From Candidatus Poseidoniaceae archaeon (GTDB taxonomy: Archaea > Thermoplasmatota > Poseidoniia > Poseidoniales > Poseidoniaceae): a DNA stretch of 30,199 bases. Both the position numbers and the translations under genes were made by a program. The stretch is taken from contig CBFIJH010000017.1 of assembly GCA_965662895.1 (NCBI GenBank), forward strand, positions 1 through 30,199, in the 5' to 3' direction. The notes under the pieces were generated by a model. The model had not been told where the DNA came from, searched no databases, and saw only the letters and a list, made by a program, of their open reading frames with translations. Of the stretch, positions 18,519 to 24,841 are shown in pieces. Each line of letters starts with the position of its first letter. Positions within the stretch are counted from its first letter, which is position 1.

Positions 18519-19031
18519 TTATTCTTCTTCATTTAGATTCATCCATTCTGATGTTGGAACGTATGGCCATGCGTTTTTCTCGGTGTTAAATCCGAGAGAG
18601 GTGAAGGAGCGTCGTGATTTTTTCCATGTTGGAAGGAGGAATCCAATCTTTGATCGTTCTCCAAATGTCCATCGCCATGGACATCGAGGAAGATTGGCAA
18701 CCCAATGTTGCAACAAGTGCTGAATCTTTGGATGCTGAGGACCGCCAGGTAGAATCCATGAACAGATGTGGACCGCTCCTGCTGAACCTCGAACTTCGGA
18801 CCATGTTGTCAATTCAAGCCCCATCAGAGGCCCATCAAGAACTTTCAATCCAAGTGTTCGTGCCGATTGAGCCATTGGCATAATGATGGCAAATCGATCG
18901 ACGAGGCGAGCGCCTTCGTTTCGTTCAAGCGACCAACCTTTCTCTTCACAGAGTTTGCGAAGTGACCGGATGCAATCAACGGGGGCGACGCTTAACTCAA
19001 TATCGAGACTGTTTCGTCGCACCATGTCCAT
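18519..19031 (-). CDS. Hypothetical protein (Trp-rich)
   Basis: ORF downstream of rpl12. The GAGAGGT SD favours ATG at 19031 over 19112. Confidence 0.65.
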   Translation of the reverse strand: MDMVRRNSLDIELSVAPVDCIRSLRKLCEEKGWSLERNEGARLVDRFAIIMPMAQSARTLGLKVLDGPLMGLELTTWSEVRGSAGAVHICSWILPGGPQHPKIQHLLQHWVANLPRCPWRWTFGERSKIGFLLPTWKKSRRSFTSLGFNTEKNAWPYVPTSEWMNLNEEE

Positions 19032-19083
19032 CGTACCTCTCACTCTGGCAAGAACCATGCGATGCTGGAATGACGCTGCGCGA

Positions 19084-19200
19084 ATCTCATCCACGGATGA
19101 GATGACCTCCACAGGTTGAGTTCACGCAACGCTTTGGATTCGGATGATGCCTTCGGCACCAACGATCGAGAGCGATGTGTTTCGAGTTCTGAACTCAACC
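19084..19200. repeat. Inverted-repeat cluster downstream of rpl12
   Basis: GGTTGAGTTCA (19114-19124)/TGAACTCAACC (19190-19200); ATCTCATCC (19084-19092)/GGATGAGAT (19095-19103); TGATGCC-TTC-GGCACCA (19145-19161). Confidence 0.8.
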
Positions 19201-19500
19201 AAAGAGCGAGCCAAGACCTTCGAAACCGCCAGCTTCCTCTTCTTCCTCTTCCTCTGCTTCTTCAGCAGCGGCAGGGGCGTCAGCAGCGCCACCTGCAGCA
19301 GGTGCTGCAGCAGCGGCAGGAGCAGCGACGGCTTGGGTCATTGCTTCAGCGATGTCAACACCAGCGAGTGAAGCAACAAGTGCCTTTACTCGGGATGCAT
19401 CCACATCGACACCAGCAGCCTTCAATGTGGCTGTGATGTTGTCTTCGGTCATTTCTTTTTCAGCAGCGTGCAGTAGCATAGCAGCATAAACGTATTCCAT
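19195..19500 (-). CDS. rpl12: Ribosomal stalk protein aP1/L12
   Basis: [12 protein letters not shown]-terminus, Ala-rich hinge, acidic run and GLGSLFG end; GAGGTGA SD. Confidence 0.98.
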   Translation of the reverse strand: MEYVYAAMLLHAAEKEMTEDNITATLKAAGVDVDASRVKALVASLAGVDIAEAMTQAVAAPAAAAAPAAGGAADAPAAAEEAEEEEEEEAGGFEGLGSLFG

Positions 19501-19530
19501 TTCATTTCACCTCAATGTTTTGTGTTTGTT

Positions 19531-20550
19531 TCAGCCGAAGAGATCTCCGAGACCGGCGAATCCGCCGCCCTCTTCTTCCTCTTCCTCTTCTTTCTCTTCT
19601 GCCTCGGCTGGGGCATCAGACGCACTTTCAACGACGGCTGCAGCGGATGCTGCTGAAGCAGCGGCACCGAGCATAGCAGCCAGTTCGTCGTCAAGGGCGG
19701 AGGAGTCAAGCGAGCCTGCAATACCCAAAGCACTGCGGTGGGCTCGTCCAAGTAGATGAGGTAGCGTTTCAGCGGTTGTGATCGCTGCCTCAAGTGCAAC
19801 AGCAAGCGCTTCTCCGCTTGCCTTTGCGAGCAATGTTGGCATGGTTTGTGATGTAAACCACGTGATGTTGCAAGCAAGGTTGAATCCACCTGCAGCCATA
19901 CCGATGAGATCTTGCTCGAATTGCTCGTAGTCAATATCGAGTGTCGATGGAGAGAAAACAACGCCATCTTCGTAGGTTCCGCAAAGTCGCAGACCGGTAA
20001 CGATTGGCTTGATTCCGATTTGTCCAAGGAGCATACCGAGGTCGCCCTCGAAAACTTCACCAGCTTTCAGAGCAACGTGTTCCTTCTGGATGTGAACGGA
20101 TCCGCCCATGATCTTTGCAGGAATTCCGACGGAGTTCAAGTCACCAACAATAGGTCCTGGTGGCATACCAGTGTCTTGCTTCTCGACAATGATGTCTTCG
20201 GGAGCGATGTCACCAGGCTTTGCAGCACGACCAGCTTCGGTTTTCTTCAATTCTGAGAAAACTTCGAATGAGTTGTACTTTGATGTGGAAACAACAGCGG
20301 GTTGAACTGCGCCATCGAAGAGTTCTTCGAGAACGGCAACATCTTTCCCTGCCTGTTGCCAAGCAAGGCGCATCAATTGTTTCTTTGCAACGCGGATAGC
20401 CATGTTGTCACGAAGACCTGCTCGCATGCCAATCATGGTGTCAGCAGGAACGCCGTGAATGTCGATGACAGCGAGTGTTTCTCCGCTCTTGATAACGTTG
20501 AGCAAATCCTCAACTGTGTCACGCTTCCATGACATAACCTTTGGAATCAC
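19531..20550 (-). CDS. rpl10: Ribosomal protein uL10 (P0)
   Basis: AAKPGDIAP.DI...TGMPPGP and GIPAKI motifs, stalk helices, GLGDLFG end; GTG start overlaps the rpl1 stop (GTGA) with a GAGGTG SD. Confidence 0.97.
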   Translation of the reverse strand: MIPKVMSWKRDTVEDLLNVIKSGETLAVIDIHGVPADTMIGMRAGLRDNMAIRVAKKQLMRLAWQQAGKDVAVLEELFDGAVQPAVVSTSKYNSFEVFSELKKTEAGRAAKPGDIAPEDIIVEKQDTGMPPGPIVGDLNSVGIPAKIMGGSVHIQKEHVALKAGEVFEGDLGMLLGQIGIKPIVTGLRLCGTYEDGVVFSPSTLDIDYEQFEQDLIGMAAGGFNLACNITWFTSQTMPTLLAKASGEALAVALEAAITTAETLPHLLGRAHRSALGIAGSLDSSALDDELAAMLGAAASAASAAAVVESASDAPAEAEEKEEEEEEEGGGFAGLGDLFG

Positions 20551-21191
20551 AGAACCACCTCGACTCGGGTTGATGGTCCCATCGTCGTCTTAACAAAGAG
20601 GGATCGAATGTTGCCTGCACCACGCTCGAGACGTCCAACAACACGGTTGTAGACTTCCATAGCGTTTGCAAGGAGTTCTTCTTGGGATTGCTCAACGGTT
20701 CCAATAACAACGTGGAACGTCATCTTATCACCAGACTTGACGACAACGGTGGTTTGCAACCCTGTGGCAAGAGCGCCTGGGTCAAGCGTTGGTGGAACTG
20801 GACGAGGCATCTTTCCTCGTGGCCCGAGAACGGTACCGAGGTAACGTCCAATCAATCCCATGTGAGGGACTTCGGAGAGGAAGAAGTCGAATTGGTTAGC
20901 AATCTTCTTTGCACGACCCTTGTTTCCACCAAGTTCTTCAATTTCTGGAGGCGTAATGACGTGGATTCCAGCGTCACGGGCACGTGTTGCTGCTTCGCCA
21001 GCTGCGAACATTGCAATCTTGACTTCACGACCACGGCCGGAAGGAAGACGAATTTCTTCCTTGATACGGTTGGTTGGATTCTTCAAGTCGACATCCTTGA
21101 TGGTAAAGGCAATGTCAACCGATTGTACGAATTTGCGCTCTGGCGCGTCTTCGATGGCTTGCTTGATGGCGGTGTTGATGTTTTCTTCCAT
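20547..21191 (-). CDS. rpl1: Ribosomal protein uL1
   Basis: RKFVQSVD, LGPRGKMPRP and VKTTMGP motifs. Confidence 0.98.
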   Translation of the reverse strand: MEENINTAIKQAIEDAPERKFVQSVDIAFTIKDVDLKNPTNRIKEEIRLPSGRGREVKIAMFAAGEAATRARDAGIHVITPPEIEELGGNKGRAKKIANQFDFFLSEVPHMGLIGRYLGTVLGPRGKMPRPVPPTLDPGALATGLQTTVVVKSGDKMTFHVVIGTVEQSQEELLANAMEVYNRVVGRLERGAGNIRSLFVKTTMGPSTRVEVVL

Positions 21192-21197
21192 ATCGTC

Positions 21198-21234
21198 TCA
21201 CCTCTGCAGTCAGCGAGGCTTTCGCCTCTCCTGC
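21198..21234 (-). promoter_or_regulatory. Putative uL1-binding translational operator abutting the rpl1 SD
   Basis: mRNA reads GCAG-GA-GAGGC-GAAA-GCCUC-GCUGA-CUGC-A-GAGGUGA: two helices, an asymmetric internal loop and a GNRA cap, then the SD. Confidence 0.72.
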
Positions 21235-21250
21235 GGTTCGTGATGTTTGT

Positions 21251-21532
21251 TCAGTTAAAGCGCTCGTCCCATTCTCCTTTGCTAATGATTTCGAGGGCTT
21301 CGTTAGCCCAGTGACCTTCGACTTTGACTCTCATTGAGACACAGGTTCCGATGACTTCTCGGGTCTGTGCCTTGAGGTCGGCTCCAGTCAGGTGGCCGAG
21401 TTCTGCCTTTTCCCGAGCAACGTTCATTGCTTGTTCAAGGGTCAGGTTTTCGACTGCGGCGTCGAGACTTCCATTGCACTTCTGTACACCGAGTTGCTTG
21501 ATAATCAGCTTCGAGGTCCATGGCTTTGGCAT
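21251..21532 (-). CDS. rpl11: Ribosomal protein uL11, C-terminal rRNA-binding domain only (93 aa)
   Basis: PWTSKLIIKQLG, NLTLEQAMNVA, KAQTREVIGTCVSMRVKVEG and GEWD match the archaeal uL11 CTD; canonical position upstream of rpl1. Confidence 0.88.
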   Translation of the reverse strand: MPKPWTSKLIIKQLGVQKCNGSLDAAVENLTLEQAMNVAREKAELGHLTGADLKAQTREVIGTCVSMRVKVEGHWANEALEIISKGEWDERFN

Positions 21533-21585
21533 CGTGTCTCAACTCCTTCCATACGAACGTAGGCATCCCTCCGACCAAACTCCCC

Positions 21586-21597
21586 TATTTAATCGCG
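21586..21597 (-). promoter_or_regulatory. Putative BRE/TATA of the rpl11-rpl1-rpl10-rpl12 operon
   Basis: CGCGA-TTAAATA on the minus strand about 55 nt upstream of the rpl11 ATG, with GGAG SD between. Confidence 0.55.
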
Positions 21598-21695
21598 ACG
21601 CGGCTTATGGCTTTTCCAATTGTTCGTAAATTTCGTGCTTTTCTGTCAAAACAGCGTACCAATTTGCTTATACGAGCACCTTACGAGGCAGTGGT

Positions 21696-24002
21696 ATGAA
21701 CACACTCACACGCAGTGTTGGAATTGTCCTTGTTGCTCTCATGGTGCTAACGCTTCCGACCATGGAAGGAAAACAGAACGGAATTCACAACCAAGCAGGA
21801 AGTGGATGCACGTGCCACTACGGCAGCAGTGCTACCCTGAGCGAAAACTTCCCTTCCACTTACACGGGAGGACAAACGTACACCATCCAAATCTCTGTTT
21901 CCGGAGGCGTTTCCGGTAGCAATGGCGGGTTCAACGTTGTGGTCGACAAAGGAACGTTGTCTGTCCCAGGTATTGGAACCATGTCCGTGAAGATCGACAG
22001 TTCTGGCCAATCCGCCACGCACACAACCAACTCGTACCGCTCATGGTCGTTTGACTGGACTGCACCCTCCGCAGGAAGCGGAACAACAAATGTCGACATT
22101 GCAGTTTTGACTGCAAATGGTAACAGTGCTTCAAACGGTGATGGTTGGACGAGCACCTCAATCACCGTCCCAGAAGCAGGCCCATCCAACACTGCACCAA
22201 CTGCATCGAACGTGTACATCAGCGATACTGTCGATATCTCAACAGCGATAACACAAGCGTACTATGATGTTGATTTGTTGAGCAATTACGATTTCGACGA
22301 TGTGGATGGTGATGCAGAGTCGGGTACAGAAATCCGATGGATGCGCGGTGGAACGACCATGACGCAATACAATGACATGGACTTGCTCAGCAACAGTGCA
22401 ACCTCGATTGGAGACATATGGACAATCTCGATCACGCCAGGTGACGGAACAGATCTTGGCACGAAAGTTACCTCTTCAAACTCCGTGGAAATCATCGATT
22501 ACGATACGGATGGGGACGGATATGGTGACCAATCCGATGCGTTCCCGAACGATGAAAACGAATGGGCAGACTCGGACAGCGATGGTGTCGGCGACAATGC
22601 CGATGCATTCCCGAACGATTCTACCGAAACGATGGATTCCGATAGCGACGGTGTCGGTGATAATGCCGATGCATTCCCGAACGATTCTACGGAAACAACG
22701 GATTCCGACAGTGACGGTGTCGGTGACAATGCTGATGCATTCCCGAACGATGCAACTGAAACAACGGATTCCGACAGCGACGGTGTCGGTGACAATGCCG
22801 ATGCTTTCCCGAACGATTCTACCGAAACGATGGATTCCGACAGTGATGGTGTCGGCAACAACGCTGATGCATTCCCGAACGATTCAACGGAAACTACGGA
22901 TTCCGATAGCGACGGTGTTGGTGACAATGCTGATGCATTCCCGAACGATTCTACGGAAACAATGGATTCGGACAGTGATGGTGTCGGCAACAATGCTGAT
23001 GCGTTCCCGAACGATGCTTCTGAGACGATGGATTCCGACAGTGATGGTGTTGGAGACAATGCCGATGCTTTCCCAAGCGATCCGACCGAAACGATGGACA
23101 GCGATGGGGACACGGTTGGTGACAATGCTGATGCGTTCCCGAACGATGCCAGCGAATCAAGCGATGCTGACGAAGACATGATTGGCGATAACGCCGACAC
23201 GGACGACGACAATGATGGTCTCCTTGATACGGAAGAGGCGACGATTGGAACCGATCCCTTCGATGAGGATACCGATGGTGACGATGTCAACGATAAGGAC
23301 GATGCTCTGCCTCTCGATGCAACAGAGACCATCGATTCGGATGGTGATGGAATAGGCGATAATGCCGACACGGACGATGATAACGATGGCCTGTTTGATC
23401 TCGTTGAGCTTGCGAAAGGAACGGACGTACTCGATTCCGATTCCGATGATGACGGTGTTCTCGATGGCGAAGATGTGTTCCCGCTTGATGGTACAGAATC
23501 TGTTGATTCCGACAATGATGGCGTCGGCGACAATGCTGATGCGTTCCCGAACGACCCTCTTGAAACACTCGATTCGGATATGGATGGTGTTGGCGACAAT
23601 GCTGACGCCTTCCCTGAAGATGACAGTGAGACCATGGACAGCGATGGAGATGGAATGGGTGACAACGAACAAAAGGCCATGGAAGAGGAAGACGCTAAAC
23701 GAATGCAGTTGATGATTACCATCGGTGTTGTTCTTGTTCTCGCCGCAATTGGAGGCTTACTCTTCATGCGAAGAAACAAAGGCGATGCAATGGAGCCAAA
23801 GGTGACGACACCTCTGCCACAAACCGATGCGATTGAACCTTCACAACCCATGTACGCCACACCGACACCCGAGACTGTTCAGCCAGTGGTCGCAGAACCA
23901 ACCGTTGAAAATCAATGGACGGATGAGAACGGACACACATGGCGACAAATGAGTGATGGAACCACGTTGTGGTGGAATGGAACCGATTGGCAGAATGTTT
24001 AG
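21696..24002 (+). CDS. Membrane-anchored surface protein: reeler/choice-of-anchor-V-like domain, thrombospondin type-3-like Ca-binding repeats, TM helix, Trp-rich tail
   Basis: Signal peptide; GCTCH..YTGGQTYTI..GGFN..WSFDWTAP..ANGN domain; DSDSDGVGDNADAFPND repeats; TM followed by RRNK. Confidence 0.85.
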   Translation: MNTLTRSVGIVLVALMVLTLPTMEGKQNGIHNQAGSGCTCHYGSSATLSENFPSTYTGGQTYTIQISVSGGVSGSNGGFNVVVDKGTLSVPGIGTMSVKIDSSGQSATHTTNSYRSWSFDWTAPSAGSGTTNVDIAVLTANGNSASNGDGWTSTSITVPEAGPSNTAPTASNVYISDTVDISTAITQAYYDVDLLSNYDFDDVDGDAESGTEIRWMRGGTTMTQYNDMDLLSNSATSIGDIWTISITPGDGTDLGTKVTSSNSVEIIDYDTDGDGYGDQSDAFPNDENEWADSDSDGVGDNADAFPNDSTETMDSDSDGVGDNADAFPNDSTETTDSDSDGVGDNADAFPNDATETTDSDSDGVGDNADAFPNDSTETMDSDSDGVGNNADAFPNDSTETTDSDSDGVGDNADAFPNDSTETMDSDSDGVGNNADAFPNDASETMDSDSDGVGDNADAFPSDPTETMDSDGDTVGDNADAFPNDASESSDADEDMIGDNADTDDDNDGLLDTEEATIGTDPFDEDTDGDDVNDKDDALPLDATETIDSDGDGIGDNADTDDDNDGLFDLVELAKGTDVLDSDSDDDGVLDGEDVFPLDGTESVDSDNDGVGDNADAFPNDPLETLDSDMDGVGDNADAFPEDDSETMDSDGDGMGDNEQKAMEEEDAKRMQLMITIGVVLVLAAIGGLLFMRRNKGDAMEPKVTTPLPQTDAIEPSQPMYATPTPETVQPVVAEPTVENQWTDENGHTWRQMSDGTTLWWNGTDWQNV
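22503..23665 (+). repeat. Coding tandem repeat, 66-nt/22-aa unit (about 10 contiguous units, two longer variant units, then about 2.5 more)
   Basis: gc.ttccc motif recurs at 22605, 22671, 22737, 22803, 22869, 22935, 23001, 23067 and 23133, with mostly synonymous variation. Confidence 0.95.
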
Positions 24003-24046
24003 ATGTTCATAGGTATCTCTAAATTTAGCCTCACCGAGGCAGCAAC

Positions 24047-24841
24047 ATGGCCATAATCCATCTCAGTAATCTGAGCCGCCATTACGGTGAGGATGAAACA
24101 CTTGTCAAAGCGCTCGATGATATTTCTCTGACCATTGAAGAGGGGGAAATAGTGGCCCTTCTTGGCCCATCTGGATCTGGGAAAACAACGTTGCTCAACA
24201 CCATTGCAGCGCTCGATATTCCGACCAACGGAACGTACACGTTCAATGGTGAGCGTGTACCGCTTGGGCACGTCGAAAACATGACAACGTTTCGACGTGA
24301 AAATGTGGGCTACATTTTCCAATTTTTCAATCTCTTAGCCGATCTTACAGCGCTTGAGAATGTCCTCCTCGTTCAGGATTTAGCCGGCGCTCGAGACAAA
24401 CAAAAGGCATTGGATTTGCTCGATTCGGTTGGTCTTCGTGGGCTTGAAGACCGCTTCCCTTCGCAGATGTCTGGCGGTCAGCGGCAACGTGTTGCTATCG
24501 CTCGAGCTCTCGCAAAAAGCCCACGGATTATTCTCGGGGATGAATTGACTGGAAATCTCGATTCAGAAACGTCGAACATGGTCATGGAAGCCCTCGTCAA
24601 AACCTGCCGAAAAGAGAAGATGACAACCATCTTCGTCACTCACGACCAATCGCTCACTCGATTTGCAACACGTATCGTTCATCTCGACAGTGGGAAGATT
24701 GTCGAGGATGAGTCCGGTGGTCTGAAGAGCATCGCTATGACGGCCAAGCACACAGCAGAATCGGTTGTTGACAACACGGTTGACAGCGTCAAGAAAATCG
24801 GTTCGAAGATCAAAGATATGGCCCATTCAATGTTGGAGTGA
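24047..24841 (+). CDS. ABC transporter ATP-binding protein (LolD/MacB type)
   Basis: GPSGSGKTT, FQFFNL, MSGGQRQRVAIARAL, ILGDELTGNLD and VTHD motifs. Confidence 0.95.
   Translation: MAIIHLSNLSRHYGEDETLVKALDDISLTIEEGEIVALLGPSGSGKTTLLNTIAALDIPTNGTYTFNGERVPLGHVENMTTFRRENVGYIFQFFNLLADLTALENVLLVQDLAGARDKQKALDLLDSVGLRGLEDRFPSQMSGGQRQRVAIARALAKSPRIILGDELTGNLDSETSNMVMEALVKTCRKEKMTTIFVTHDQSLTRFATRIVHLDSGKIVEDESGGLKSIAMTAKHTAESVVDNTVDSVKKIGSKIKDMAHSMLE

Noticed and set aside
19145-19161. GAA-containing hairpin after a TGA stop as a possible SECIS/readthrough signal
   Set aside because: rpl12 ends at its canonical LFG terminus, and there is no evidence of selenocysteine machinery in the window.
19230-19600. 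Similar CTTCCTCTT tracts in rpl12 and rpl10
   Set aside because: They encode the known homologous acidic C-terminal tails of the stalk proteins.
20682-21314. 210-aa ORF antisense to rpl1, and similar antisense ORFs at 5581-6270, 9515-10141 and 11389-11952
   Set aside because: They overlap well-supported genes and have no recognisable motifs.
21533-21695. Frameshifted uL11 N-terminal domain upstream of rpl11
   Set aside because: No GPPLGP-like sequence was seen, the space is too short, and it contains promoter-like signals.
22503-23200. Regular repeats as a possible CRISPR array
   Set aside because: Units are contiguous and in frame (66 nt), vary mainly at third codon positions, have no unique spacers, and no cas genes are present.
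22499-23860. 453-aa Ser-rich antisense ORF and the 269-aa alternate-frame ORF at 22372-23181
   Set aside because: Shadow frames of the Asp-rich repeat, whose codon usage avoids stops in other frames.
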